From: Pseudomonadota bacterium
GTDB taxonomy: Bacteria; Pseudomonadota; Gammaproteobacteria; Eutrophobiales; Eutrophobiaceae
NCBI GenBank assembly: GCA_022562175.1
Contig: JADFPU010000002.1
Span: 1 to 48,012 of the forward strand
Direction of reading: 5' to 3'
DNA length: 48,012 nucleotides
The translations under genes were made by a program, and so were the position numbers. Under the pieces are notes generated by a model. That model did not search any database, was not told where the DNA came from, and saw only the letters and a list, made by a program, of their open reading frames with translations. Shown here in pieces: positions 33,906-43,572 of the stretch (the first letter of the stretch is position 1; every line of letters starts with the position of its first letter).

Positions 33906-34585
33906 GCAGTGCTGGTAAACTTATAGTCAGAAACCTTGGCCGCCAGGAATATGATGATACTTTCCAGGCTATGCGTACGTTTACCAATGAGCGCACTGCG
34001 ATCAGTACAGATGAGATGTGGTGTCTTGAACACCCGGCTGTTTTTACCCTTGGTATGGCGGCAAAAACCGAACATATACTCGATGCGGGCTCAATCCCTG
34101 TGGTACAGACAGACAGGGGCGGACAGGTGACCTATCACGGTCCAGGCCAGTTAATCATCTACCTGCTCGCTGATCTCAGGCGACTGGGCTTATCTGTCAG
34201 AGGATTAGTAACGCAAATCGAACAATCATTGATCGATATGTTGGCAGAATCAGGTCTGACGGCCAACAGAAAACCCGGTGCACCAGGCGTTTACATAGCC
34301 GGGGAAAAGATTGCGGCATTGGGTATTCGGGTGCGCAGGGGCTGCTGTTATCATGGTCTGGCATTGAATGTCGATATGGACACCTCCCCCTTTCAACGCA
34401 TCAACCCCTGTGGCTTTGCAGGTTTGCAGGTGACCCAATTGAAGGACCAGCACTGTGACATGACCCGCCAGCAGGCAGCAGAGGCCTTGTTGCCACATTT
34501 ATTCAGAAATTTGAACTATGAGCCGTATAATGTCGCCGGCGAGTCTGCAATAACGGATAAGCTTTATCATCACTTCGCCGCATGA
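33902..34585 (+). CDS. lipB: Octanoyltransferase LipB
   Basis: 227 aa. [33 protein letters not shown]...HGLALNV motifs. Confidence 0.95.
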   Translation: MSSAGKLIVRNLGRQEYDDTFQAMRTFTNERTAISTDEMWCLEHPAVFTLGMAAKTEHILDAGSIPVVQTDRGGQVTYHGPGQLIIYLLADLRRLGLSVRGLVTQIEQSLIDMLAESGLTANRKPGAPGVYIAGEKIAALGIRVRRGCCYHGLALNVDMDTSPFQRINPCGFAGLQVTQLKDQHCDMTRQQAAEALLPHLFRNLNYEPYNVAGESAITDKLYHHFAA

Positions 34586-34624
34586 AGTGATGCGATATAT
34601 AGAATTAATCAGGGCGGTTAACGA

Positions 34625-35617
34625 ATGAATAATACCATACAACAGCAACAGGCACTGCTCGATAAACGCGGCAAGCTGAAGACGTCGCGTATACCGATTA
34701 AAGTTGTGCCGACACAAGGTCCGTTGCCCCGCAAGCCAAACTGGATCCGGGCAAAGGCACCAACAGATCCGCGAGTGCAAAAACTCAAGACCTTGTTGCG
34801 CGAACAAAAGTTGCATACGGTCTGTGAAGAAGCGGCCTGTCCGAATCTGGGCGAATGTTTCAGCCATGGCACCGCAACTTTCATGATCATGGGAAAACTC
34901 TGTACGCGTCGTTGCCCATTTTGTGATGTGGCCCATGGCAGGCCGCAGCCTCTGGATCAAGATGAGCCGGAAAATCTGGCGAATGCGGTCGAGAAAATGG
35001 GCTTGCAATATGTTGTCATTACCTCGGTCGATCGAGACGACCTGCGTGATGGCGGAGCAGGGCACTTTGCCGCGTGTATAAAGGCGTTACGCGCCAAGGC
35101 AGCCGCTATCCGCATTGAAATATTGACCCCGGATTTCCGCGGGCGCATGGATGTGGCGCTGGAAAGGCTGAATGAAGCGCCGCCGGATGTGTTTAACCAT
35201 AATCTTGAAACAGTACCCAGGCTGTATAAGAAGGTGAGGCCCGGCGCGGACTATGCGTGGTCACTTGATCTCATTCAACGGTTTAAGGCAGGCCAGCCTG
35301 ATATCATGACCAAATCAGGTTTGATGCTCGGGCTCGGTGAGGAGATTGATGAGGTGAAGCAAGTCTTGCGGGACTTGCGCGAACATGACTGTGATTTATT
35401 GACCCTGGGCCAATATCTGCAACCCAGCCGCTATCATCTGCAAGTTGAGCGGTTTGTACACCCGGATGAATTCGATGAGCTAGGTGAGTTTGCTCATTCC
35501 CTCGGTTTTAGCAACGTCGCCAGTGCGCCGATGGTACGCTCTTCCTATCATGCCGATTTACAGGCCAGGGGCGAGCCCTTTACAGGCTGGGAGAATAAAA
35601 ATGCATCACCCGGTTGA
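34625..35617 (+). CDS. lipA: Lipoyl synthase LipA (radical SAM)
   Basis: 330 aa. N-terminal cluster [12 protein letters not shown] and the radical-SAM CTRRCPFC motif. SSYHAD C-terminal region. Confidence 0.97.
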   Translation: MNNTIQQQQALLDKRGKLKTSRIPIKVVPTQGPLPRKPNWIRAKAPTDPRVQKLKTLLREQKLHTVCEEAACPNLGECFSHGTATFMIMGKLCTRRCPFCDVAHGRPQPLDQDEPENLANAVEKMGLQYVVITSVDRDDLRDGGAGHFAACIKALRAKAAAIRIEILTPDFRGRMDVALERLNEAPPDVFNHNLETVPRLYKKVRPGADYAWSLDLIQRFKAGQPDIMTKSGLMLGLGEEIDEVKQVLRDLREHDCDLLTLGQYLQPSRYHLQVERFVHPDEFDELGEFAHSLGFSNVASAPMVRSSYHADLQARGEPFTGWENKNASPG

Positions 35618-36179
35618 AAAAATTATTACGCTAATGCTTGCTGTAAGTTTGATTGGTATGGTGCAGCTCTCTGTTGCAGCGGATGAAAATCCACAGGACG
35701 ATATACAACAACAAGTAATTGCGCAGACGATGAACAATGACCGGTTGCAGGCCATCATTCAGCGTATCGATCCGGAATTTACCGGCACACTGGGTCACTG
35801 GCAGATAAAGGTTGACAATATCGGCATCAGGATCATCACGGATGCCCGGGCAGATCGCATGCGTATCGTCATTCCTGTTCGTAAAGCCGACGGACTGAGT
35901 CAGGAAGAAATGTATCGTATCTTACAGGCTAACTTCGATTCAGCGCTGGATGCTCGTTATGCTATAGGCAAGGGAGTGTTATGGAGCACATTTATCCACC
36001 CATTATCATCGCTTAATGATAAAAAATTCCTGTCCGGACTAGGACAAACCATCAATATCGTCAGGTCCTATGGCAAAAGCTATTCATCCGGTGTGCTTAC
36101 TTTCGGTGGCGGCGATAGTAATGAGTTATTGCAGAAGAAGTTGATCGACGAATTGATGAAGAAAGGCCAGATCATTTAA
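35601..36179 (+). CDS. Hypothetical secreted protein
   Basis: ATG 35601 gives a 192-aa protein with a signal peptide ([19 protein letters not shown]). The track ORF from 35484 is an in-frame extension inside lipA. Overlaps the lipA 3' end by 17 nt. No family recognised with confidence. Confidence 0.6.
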   Translation: MHHPVEKIITLMLAVSLIGMVQLSVAADENPQDDIQQQVIAQTMNNDRLQAIIQRIDPEFTGTLGHWQIKVDNIGIRIITDARADRMRIVIPVRKADGLSQEEMYRILQANFDSALDARYAIGKGVLWSTFIHPLSSLNDKKFLSGLGQTINIVRSYGKSYSSGVLTFGGGDSNELLQKKLIDELMKKGQII

Positions 36180-36245
36180 TCTTTACTTATAGGTAGAATC
36201 TTAAGGGGATATTCATTTCTAGAATTATCAAATAATCTGAAATCT

Positions 36246-36322
36246 AAACACAGAGTCACAGAGTACACGGAGTTAGGATAATATTTGTTCTTTATCTCCG
36301 TGTACTCTGTGACTCTGTGTTT
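36246..36322. repeat. Perfect 27-bp inverted repeat (AAACACAGAGTCACAGAGTACACGGAG / reverse complement) with a 23-nt loop; candidate REP/MITE-like element or bidirectional terminator
   Basis: Read directly: 36246-36272 is the exact reverse complement of 36296-36322. The arm contains the tandem 8-mer CACAGAGT twice. It sits between convergent genes. Confidence 0.9.
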
Positions 36323-36394
36323 AAAATTCTGACCTTAATAATGGTTTCAGAGCTTAAAGACTAAACTATGAATCTTTACTTTGGCATCTAAATT

Positions 36395-37225
36395 TCAATC
36401 ATCCGCTTGAATAAACAACAGCGGGTCGACCATGGTGTTGTTCATGATCACACTCCAGTGTAGATGTGCGCCAGTGACGCGACCGGTTTGGCCGACTGTG
36501 CCGATAATTTCACCTTCATCTACCTGCTGCCCGGCTTTTACTGCAATGCTGTTCATGTGACAGTACATGGTGATCATGCCCTGACCGTGATCAATAAAGA
36601 CGGTATTACCATTAAAAAAGTATTCACCTGTGTTGATAACCTTTCCTGCAGTGGCTGCCTTGATCGGGCTGCCCTCAGTTGCCGCTATATCCAGACCACT
36701 GTGGGGGCGGCGTGGCTGTTCGTTGAAGAAACGTCTTAAGCCAAACGGACTGCTATAGGGGCCTTCTACCGGGACACTTAATCCCAAGTTTATATTATCT
36801 GTATCAGTCCAGGTCGCTTTGGCTTTTTTTATGAGAGGTGTTTCCTTGTTGATGCGTTGCATATCCAGCGGGTTTGGATTGACCTTGCGTTTATCTTTAA
36901 TAGTGATGTGCTGGCTTGCATATTCTTTATCTGCAATATCAAAGTGATGGATGGCATTGCCGGAACCGTTGTTGACCTGTAAGCGATGGGTGCCGGGCTT
37001 TGCACTCAGAGGTACACCGACGATGGCCTTCCAGTCGCCGGCTTCTCCGATGACCATGACGCGGTTGCCTTTATAAAAAGCCTCGGGCCTGGAATCATCA
37101 TTTAATGTAACGACGGCAAGTCCACCGGGAACATTTTCAGCCCGTGGTAGAGTCTGGGCATAAATTTTTCCAGACAAACCTGTAAATAACAGAAGCAGTA
37201 GAAATTTCACAAGATTATTTTTCAT
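36395..37225 (-). CDS. M23 family metallopeptidase (secreted)
   Basis: Signal peptide. HSGLDIAA (HxxxD) and GAHLHWSV (HxH) LytM-type motifs. ATGA overlap with xseA. Confidence 0.9.
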   Translation of the reverse strand: MKNNLVKFLLLLLFTGLSGKIYAQTLPRAENVPGGLAVVTLNDDSRPEAFYKGNRVMVIGEAGDWKAIVGVPLSAKPGTHRLQVNNGSGNAIHHFDIADKEYASQHITIKDKRKVNPNPLDMQRINKETPLIKKAKATWTDTDNINLGLSVPVEGPYSSPFGLRRFFNEQPRRPHSGLDIAATEGSPIKAATAGKVINTGEYFFNGNTVFIDHGQGMITMYCHMNSIAVKAGQQVDEGEIIGTVGQTGRVTGAHLHWSVIMNNTMVDPLLFIQADD

Positions 37226-38577
37226 GGAGTTATTTTTTTCACAATGGAATGTATTCGCCCTTTGGCAAGCCGTGTCTTTATAGTCTCTCCCTCGTGCAGT
37301 ATGCTGGCATCACGTACAATGTTGCCATTGTCGGTTTGGCTGACTATGGCATAACCACGCTCCAGTGTGGCCAGCGGACTGACCGTATGCAGGTTATGAG
37401 TAAGCCGTTCGAAATTTCCTCTGGCTGTTTGCAGACCGTAGGACAAACTCTTGCGCAAGCGCCCCCTCAACATATAACATTTTTCCTTGTGTGCCCGCAG
37501 GGTTTGTAAAGGGTTATGTTGATTTATCTGTGCTGATAATTTTAACAGAAGGGATTGTTGCAGCGTGATGTTCGTCCTGATGGATTGCTGCATGCGTAAT
37601 GAGAGCTCATCCAGGCGTTGACTGATATTTTGCAGTTGTCGTTTTGGATGGGGTAGACGTTTTTCAAGCTGTAACAAAGTATGACCCATCCGCTGTAGCT
37701 GATGTTTGATGTGCGAATGTATCCTGTTTGCCAGCGAGCCAAGCCTATCCAGTAGCTCTGCCTGATCAGGACTGAGCAATTCCGCTGCTGCCGAGGGCGT
37801 CGCTGCGCGTTGATCGGCAACAAAGTCTGCAATGGTGAAATCAATCTCGTGGCCGACGCCGCAGACGACGGGTATTTTACATTGATAGATGGCCCGGGCG
37901 ACAACTTCTTCGTTGAAAGCCCACAGGTCTTCCAGTGAACCGCCTCCCCGGGACAATATAAGCACATCGGTTTCATGCCGCTGTTGAGCGAGTTCTATGG
38001 TCTCTGCAATAGTCTCAGCCGCGCCGTCTCCCTGTACCGGCACGGGATAGATAATCACATTGGCAAGTGGGTAACGCCTTTTCAGGACAGTGAGTATATC
38101 CCGGATGGCAGCCCCTGTAGGTGATGTGATTACACCTATAGTCCTGGGCAAAGCAGGCATGGGTCTTTTGCGGTCTTCGTCGAACAGACCCTGCTTTTGC
38201 AGCCTTTGTTTTAGCGCCTCAAAGGCGCGTTGCAGTGCACCTTCTCCGGCCTGCTCCATATGTTCAACGATGAGCTGAAATTCACCGCGGCCTTCGTAAA
38301 GGCTGACGTTTACCCTGGCAAGTATCTGCATGCCATTGTCCGGAGCAAATTTCAGATAACGGTTCTTGTTCCTGAACATGGCGCAACGTACTTGCGAGGA
38401 TTGATCCTTGAGAGAGAAATACCAATGTCCGGATCCTGGTTGTGCCAGATTAGATATCTCGCCCTCTACCCAGAGTGTCAGGAAGCTGCCCTCCAGCACC
38501 GCCCGGACCTCACGGTTCAAGCGGCTAATGCTGTAAACATCACGATGCGTTGCGTTATGTCCGGGTGATGTATTCAC
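37222..38577 (-). CDS. xseA: Exodeoxyribonuclease VII large subunit
   Basis: 451 aa. N-terminal OB fold (WVEGEISNL...SGHWYFSLKD), RGGGSLEDLWAFN motif, long C-terminal coiled coil. Divergent from guaB as in E. coli. Confidence 0.95.
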   Translation of the reverse strand: MNTSPGHNATHRDVYSISRLNREVRAVLEGSFLTLWVEGEISNLAQPGSGHWYFSLKDQSSQVRCAMFRNKNRYLKFAPDNGMQILARVNVSLYEGRGEFQLIVEHMEQAGEGALQRAFEALKQRLQKQGLFDEDRKRPMPALPRTIGVITSPTGAAIRDILTVLKRRYPLANVIIYPVPVQGDGAAETIAETIELAQQRHETDVLILSRGGGSLEDLWAFNEEVVARAIYQCKIPVVCGVGHEIDFTIADFVADQRAATPSAAAELLSPDQAELLDRLGSLANRIHSHIKHQLQRMGHTLLQLEKRLPHPKRQLQNISQRLDELSLRMQQSIRTNITLQQSLLLKLSAQINQHNPLQTLRAHKEKCYMLRGRLRKSLSYGLQTARGNFERLTHNLHTVSPLATLERGYAIVSQTDNGNIVRDASILHEGETIKTRLAKGRIHSIVKKITP

Positions 38578-38671
38578 ATTATTGTGTTATGCAGGAGTTT
38601 GATTTACCGTGTGCGCTCAAGCCACTATAATAACCGGTCACTTAACCATATAGTAGATTTGCTTGCCTGAT

Positions 38672-40132
38672 ATGCGCATTATTGAAGAAGCCCTGACATT
38701 TGATGATGTATTGCTGGTGCCTGCCTATTCGCAGGTATTGCCCAGGGAAGTCAGTCTGGAAACACAATTATCCCGCGAGATTAAACTCAATATCCCCATT
38801 ATGTCGGCGGCCATGGATACTGTTACCGAGGCACGCCTGGCTATTGCCATCGCTCAGGAAGGCGGTATAGGCATCATTCACAAGAACATGAGTCCGGAAG
38901 AGCAGGCACGTCAGGTGCGTCAGGTGAAGAAATATGAGAGTGGTGTCATCCGCGACCCCTTTACCGTGAATCCCAGGACGAGCATTCACGATGTGCTGGA
39001 ATTGACCCACGCCAATAACATCTCGGGCGTACCGGTTGTCGATGGCGAAGACCTGGTAGGTATCGTAACCAGCCGTGACCTGCGCTTTGAGACACATTAT
39101 GACGCCCCGGTTGAGACCATCATGACGCCAAAAGATCGTTTGATTACCGCCAAAGAAGACGCGAGTAACGATGAGATCGTTGGTCTATTACATAAGCACC
39201 GCATTGAGAAGCTACTGTTCGTCAATGACAAATTTCAGTTAAGGGGCATGGTGACTGTCAAGGATATTCAAAAGGCATATGAATTTCCGAATGCCTGTAA
39301 AGACAATGATGAGCAACTGCGTGTCGGTGCAGCCGTGGGTGTCGGGCCGGGTACCGAAGCGCGTGTGGATGCCTTGATCCGGGCAAACGTTGATGTGCTG
39401 ATCGTCGATACTGCGCACGGTCATTCCGATGGCGTGTTAAAGATGGTGTCGTGGATTAAACAGAATTATGCGGATACCCAGATTATCGGCGGCAATGTTG
39501 CTACCGCAGAGGGTGCCAAGGCGCTGGTCGAGGCCGGGGTTGACGCCGTCAAGGTTGGTATAGGGCCTGGCTCTATCTGTACGACCCGTATTGTTACAGG
39601 TGTCGGTATGCCACAGATTACAGCAGTGGCGAATGTCGCAGCAGCGTTGCAGGGCACGGGCGTGCCATTTATTTCCGATGGTGGCATCCGTTATTCGGGC
39701 GATTTTTCCAAAGCGATTGCCGCAGGTGCACAGACAGTAATGATAGGCGGGATGTTTGCCGGCACGGAAGAGGCGCCGGGTGAAGTGGAGTTATATCAGG
39801 GGCGTTCATACAAGTCCTATAGAGGCATGGGATCTCTCGGTGCCATGTCAAAACAACATGGTTCCTCTGATCGCTATTTTCAGGAAAACGATGAAATCGA
39901 AAAGCTGGTTCCGGAAGGTATCGAAGGGCGTGTCCCTTATAAGGGGGCATTGAGCGCGATTGTGCATCAACTGATCGGTGGCTTGCGTGGCTCAATGGGC
40001 TATACCGGTTGCCAGAACCTGGATGAGATGCGCAGCAAGCCGAACTTCGTACGACTGACTGGCGCCGGCATGAAGGAAAGCCATGTACATGATGTGACGA
40101 TTACCAAGGAACCACCCAATTACAGAACGTAA
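38672..40132 (+). CDS. guaB: IMP dehydrogenase
   Basis: [12 protein letters not shown], tandem CBS insert, [11 protein letters not shown] catalytic loop, [11 protein letters not shown] 38672 fits the family N-terminus; the track starts at TTG 38663. Confidence 0.97.
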   Translation: MRIIEEALTFDDVLLVPAYSQVLPREVSLETQLSREIKLNIPIMSAAMDTVTEARLAIAIAQEGGIGIIHKNMSPEEQARQVRQVKKYESGVIRDPFTVNPRTSIHDVLELTHANNISGVPVVDGEDLVGIVTSRDLRFETHYDAPVETIMTPKDRLITAKEDASNDEIVGLLHKHRIEKLLFVNDKFQLRGMVTVKDIQKAYEFPNACKDNDEQLRVGAAVGVGPGTEARVDALIRANVDVLIVDTAHGHSDGVLKMVSWIKQNYADTQIIGGNVATAEGAKALVEAGVDAVKVGIGPGSICTTRIVTGVGMPQITAVANVAAALQGTGVPFISDGGIRYSGDFSKAIAAGAQTVMIGGMFAGTEEAPGEVELYQGRSYKSYRGMGSLGAMSKQHGSSDRYFQENDEIEKLVPEGIEGRVPYKGALSAIVHQLIGGLRGSMGYTGCQNLDEMRSKPNFVRLTGAGMKESHVHDVTITKEPPNYRT

Positions 40133-40223
40133 ATCAGTCATTGGTAAATTGTCATTCGTTTCTTGCTCATGTCATAAGACAACAGACCATTGACCAATGA
40201 AAATTAACCAATGACTGATTTAC
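40129..40223 (+). promoter_or_regulatory. Long hairpin spanning the entire guaB-guaA spacer. A perfect 17-bp basal helix pairs the guaB stop region with the guaA start codon
   Basis: 40129-40145 (GTAAATCAGTCATTGGT) is the exact reverse complement of 40207-40223 (ACCAATGACTGATTTAC). The helix continues imperfectly for about 12 more pairs. The guaA ATG is at 40211-40213. Confidence 0.75.
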
Positions 40224-41785
40224 ATACTGACCGCGTCCTGATCCTTGATTTCGGATCGCAATACACACAGTTGATAGCACGTCGGGTGCGTGAGCTCAAT
40301 GTCTATAGCGAGATCTATCCCCATGACATGGATGACGATGCGATTCGTGATTTTAAGCCAACGGCCATCATCCTCTCCGGCGGGCCGGAATCGGTCACTG
40401 AACTAAATGGCATGCGCGTGCCGGACAGTGTGTTTGAACTGGCTGTGCCGGTTTTGGGTATCTGTTATGGCATGCAGTGTATGGCGGCACAACTGGGCGG
40501 CAAAGTAACTGCCTCGCCGCTACGTGAATTCGGTCATGCCCGGGTGCGGGCAAGGGGTCATTCAATACTTTTGCGTGATATTCAGGATGACACCAATACA
40601 CAGGGACATGCTTTGCTGGATGTCTGGATGAGTCATGGTGATCGCGTCGATGAGTTGCCGAAGGGCTTCAAGATCATTGCCTCCACAGACAATGCACCGA
40701 TTGCCGGTATGGCTGATGAGGCCCGTGGCTTGTATGCGCTGCAATTTCATCCGGAGGTGACGCATACCAAACAGGGGTCTGCCATACTGCAACGGTTCAT
40801 TCATGAAATAGCCGCTTGCCAATCCCTGTGGACAATGGCAAATATCGTTGACGAATCCGTGCATGCCATCCGTGAACAGGTCGGCACAGATGAAGTCTTG
40901 CTGGCGCTTTCAGGCGGTGTTGATTCCTCAGTCGTGGCCGCCTTATTACACAAGGCCATAGGCGATAAACTTACTTGCATCTTTGTCGACAACGGTTTAC
41001 TGCGACAAAATGAAGCTGACCAGGTGATGGATACCTTCGCCAAACACATGGGGTTACGTGTCATCCGTGTCGATGCTGAACAACGCTTTCTGGATAAACT
41101 GGCAGGCGTTGTTGACCCGGAAGAAAAACGCAAGATCATCGGCCGGGAATTTATCGCCATATTTGAAGAACAAAGCAAGAAATTAAACAATGAAAAGTGG
41201 TTGGCGCAGGGGACCATCTATCCCGATGTGATAGAGTCGGCAGGTGCCAGCACGGGTAAGGCCCATGTCATCAAGTCACACCACAATGTCGCCGGTCTGC
41301 CCGAGACCATGCAACTGAAGTTGATAGAACCCCTGCGAGAATTATTCAAGGACGAAGTCCGTAAGCTCGGTATAGAGCTTGGATTGGCAAAGCAGATAAT
41401 CAATCGGCACCCCTTTCCAGGCCCTGGCCTGGGTGTGCGTATACTCGGTGAAATAAAAAAAGACTATGCTGATTTATTGCGGCATGCTGATGACATCTTT
41501 ATAACGGCCCTGCGAGAATACCATCTATATGATAAAGTCAGTCAGGCATTTACTGTTTTTCTGCCAGTTAAATCCGTCGGGGTGAAAGGCGACGCGCGTC
41601 ATTATGAATACGTGGTTGCTTTACGTGCCGTCGAGACCATCGACTTCATGACCGCCCGGTGGGCGCATCTGCCTTATGATTTTCTCGAATATGTTTCCAA
41701 TAAAATCATCAATGAAGTCGCCGGTATTTCCCGGGTGACCTATGATATTTCCAGTAAGCCACCAGCGACGATTGAATGGGAATAA
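40211..41785 (+). CDS. guaA: GMP synthase (glutamine-hydrolysing)
   Basis: 524 aa. GATase domain GICYGMQ, ATP-PPase SGGVDSSV motif, C-terminal PPATIEWE. Confidence 0.98.
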   Translation: MTDLHTDRVLILDFGSQYTQLIARRVRELNVYSEIYPHDMDDDAIRDFKPTAIILSGGPESVTELNGMRVPDSVFELAVPVLGICYGMQCMAAQLGGKVTASPLREFGHARVRARGHSILLRDIQDDTNTQGHALLDVWMSHGDRVDELPKGFKIIASTDNAPIAGMADEARGLYALQFHPEVTHTKQGSAILQRFIHEIAACQSLWTMANIVDESVHAIREQVGTDEVLLALSGGVDSSVVAALLHKAIGDKLTCIFVDNGLLRQNEADQVMDTFAKHMGLRVIRVDAEQRFLDKLAGVVDPEEKRKIIGREFIAIFEEQSKKLNNEKWLAQGTIYPDVIESAGASTGKAHVIKSHHNVAGLPETMQLKLIEPLRELFKDEVRKLGIELGLAKQIINRHPFPGPGLGVRILGEIKKDYADLLRHADDIFITALREYHLYDKVSQAFTVFLPVKSVGVKGDARHYEYVVALRAVETIDFMTARWAHLPYDFLEYVSNKIINEVAGISRVTYDISSKPPATIEWE

Positions 41786-41789
41786 GATG

Positions 41790-41836
41790 CGTGAAACGTA
41801 TCTCGTTAATTTCGTTTTTGCGCTTCACGTTTCACG
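41790..41836. repeat. 10-bp inverted repeat (CGTGAAACGT ... ACGTTTCACG) in the guaA-tadA spacer
   Basis: Read directly. The right arm is part of a tandem TTCACGT TTCACGT. Confidence 0.6.
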
Positions 41837-41847
41837 TTATACGACTT

Positions 41848-42294
41848 ATGTATGATAAAAAATGGATGCAGCATGCATTCGATCTGGCGGGCAAAGCCGA
41901 GGAAAAAGGTGAAGTACCGGTCGGTGCTGTGCTTGTGCTCGATGGTGATGCTATCGGCGAGGGCTGGAACCATCCCATCTTGGCCAATGACCCGACTGGC
42001 CATGCCGAGATCATTGCCTTACGTGCGGCGGCAAAATATCAGGGCAATTATCGCCTGCCGGGCACCACGCTTTATGTCACACTGGAGCCCTGTGTGATGT
42101 GTGCCGGGGCGATCATTCATGCGCGCATATCACGGCTGGTATTTGGCGCCTATGATCCAAACACCGGTGCCGCCGGCAGTGTGTTTGATATCCTTGGCAC
42201 GCACAAGTTGAACCATGTGGTCGACGTGACGGGTGGGGTGATGGAAACAGAATGCGGTTCTCTGCTGAAAGAATTTTTCAAAAACAGACGCTGA
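41848..42294 (+). CDS. tadA: tRNA adenosine(34) deaminase
   Basis: CDA fold motifs HAEIIALR and PCVMCAGA. ATG 41848 (MYDKKWMQHAF) fits the family; the track start at 41776 overlaps guaA. Confidence 0.93.
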   Translation: MYDKKWMQHAFDLAGKAEEKGEVPVGAVLVLDGDAIGEGWNHPILANDPTGHAEIIALRAAAKYQGNYRLPGTTLYVTLEPCVMCAGAIIHARISRLVFGAYDPNTGAAGSVFDILGTHKLNHVVDVTGGVMETECGSLLKEFFKNRR

Positions 42295-42297
42295 TAA

Positions 42298-42795
42298 ATG
42301 TCTGAGTCCACTGCATTGTTGATGGCTGAACGATTGGCCGAGGCCTTGCTTGTCAGTGGCAATAAGCTGGTCACGGCTGAATCCTGTACCGGTGGAGGCA
42401 TTGGCTATGTACTCACCAGTATTGCGGGCAGTTCGCAGTGGTACGAGCGTGGCTTTATCACATATTCCAACGAGTCCAAGCAAGAGTTGCTGGGGGTCTC
42501 CCATCATACCCTGGTCAGTCACGGTGCCGTCAGTGAACAGACTGCCGCTGCGATGGCGCAGGGGGCCATTGACAACAGCCACGCTGATATCAGTGTGGCG
42601 GTGTCCGGTGTCGCCGGGCCAGCGGGGGGCACGAAAGACAACCCGGTCGGATCGGTCTGTTTTGGCTGGAGTGAGCGTGACGGCGAGACAAAGACTGCGC
42701 GGATTGTGTTTGCAGGGGGGCGGCAGCAGGTTCGAGAGCAATCTATATTAATGGCGATACAGGGTTTGCTCGATGTCCTGGGCAATAGGGGCTAA
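42298..42795 (+). CDS. pncC: CinA C-terminal domain protein / nicotinamide-nucleotide amidase PncC
   Basis: 165 aa. LVTAESCTGGGIG signature, GAVSEQTAAAMA, SVAVSGVAGP. Confidence 0.92.
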   Translation: MSESTALLMAERLAEALLVSGNKLVTAESCTGGGIGYVLTSIAGSSQWYERGFITYSNESKQELLGVSHHTLVSHGAVSEQTAAAMAQGAIDNSHADISVAVSGVAGPAGGTKDNPVGSVCFGWSERDGETKTARIVFAGGRQQVREQSILMAIQGLLDVLGNRG

Positions 42796-42835
42796 GGGTT
42801 AGCATAATCATATGAGCCCTGATCCCTGACCAACA

Positions 42836-43354
42836 ATGCCGCGTCTTTTCTTCGCCCTGTGGCCAGATGATACAACACGCGAAAAGCTGGCGGCAGTTGC
42901 TGATCGGCTTGCGCCTGACTGTGGACGGAAAGTCAGTAAACAGAACCTGCATATCACACTGGCTTTTCTCGGCAACGTCGAAGACAGCTGCCTGCATGGC
43001 TTATTGGCCGGAGTGGCCGGCATTCATGCAGACAACTTCTCGCTGAGACTCGATACAATAGGTTGCTGGAAACGTCCACGGATACTTTGGCTGGCACCTT
43101 CGACGATCCCGGCGGCTGTGTCTCGGCTGGTGTCCATGCTGAATGCCTGCTTGAAAGAGGCTGGATTTCAGCTCGAAGACCGGCCCTACCGACCTCATCT
43201 CACCCTTGCCCGAAAGGTCGTGAAACAGGCGTCTGAGCTCGATTTTGAGCCAATCCAGTGGAATATCAGTCACTTCAGTCTGATCGAGTCAAACACGCTC
43301 AGTGAGGCTGTAAAATACAGCGTCCGGAATAGCTGGCCGCTTCATCCAGGCTAG
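42836..43354 (+). CDS. thpR: RNA 2',3'-cyclic phosphodiesterase (2H phosphoesterase, LigT/ThpR)
   Basis: 172 aa. RLFFALWP plus two HxTx motifs (HITLAFLG, HLTLAR). Confidence 0.88.
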   Translation: MPRLFFALWPDDTTREKLAAVADRLAPDCGRKVSKQNLHITLAFLGNVEDSCLHGLLAGVAGIHADNFSLRLDTIGCWKRPRILWLAPSTIPAAVSRLVSMLNACLKEAGFQLEDRPYRPHLTLARKVVKQASELDFEPIQWNISHFSLIESNTLSEAVKYSVRNSWPLHPG

Positions 43355-43496
43355 CTAGTGTCCGTCCATAAACGCTATAATTTTTCTCGCAAAGACGCCA
43401 TGAAAGAAATCGTAATATGCTTTTATACCAATATCTTATAACTTTGCGATCTTTGCGCCTTGGCGAGAATTATTCTTCCTGGATGGGCACTAGCTA
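43352..43496. repeat. 145-nt imperfect palindromic element between thpR and recA
   Basis: The outer 17 bp (43352-43368 against 43480-43496) match except for 2 positions that would be G-U pairs in RNA. Inner arm segments (ATAATT, CTCGC, AAG.CGC) also pair. The right arm carries tandem CTTTGCG. Confidence 0.75.
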
Positions 43497-43572
43497 TATT
43501 TACTATCAAATAGTCTGTCAATTTATGGGATAATCCCGATCCTATTTAAAGCAATAACTGGTGGGAGCTCCG

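Noticed and set aside
42130-42741. Long antisense ORFs opposite well-conserved genes. The main example is 203 aa at 42130-42741, opposite tadA/pncC. Others are 1254-1733, 4993-5520, 26542-27105, 34499-35065, 46205-46720 and 46705-47268.
   Set aside because: Each lies fully inside a strongly supported gene on the other strand. They cluster in the GC-richer stretches where stop codons are rare. Their translations are low-complexity or Arg/Ser/Cys-rich with no recognisable motifs. They are shadow ORFs.
43502-43514. Possible LexA/SOS box upstream of recA (ACTATcaaATAGT).
   Set aside because: It is a palindrome, but its spacing and half-sites do not match the gammaproteobacterial CTGT-N8-ACAG consensus or other LexA motifs I know. 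I keep it only as a note inside the recA-upstream finding.
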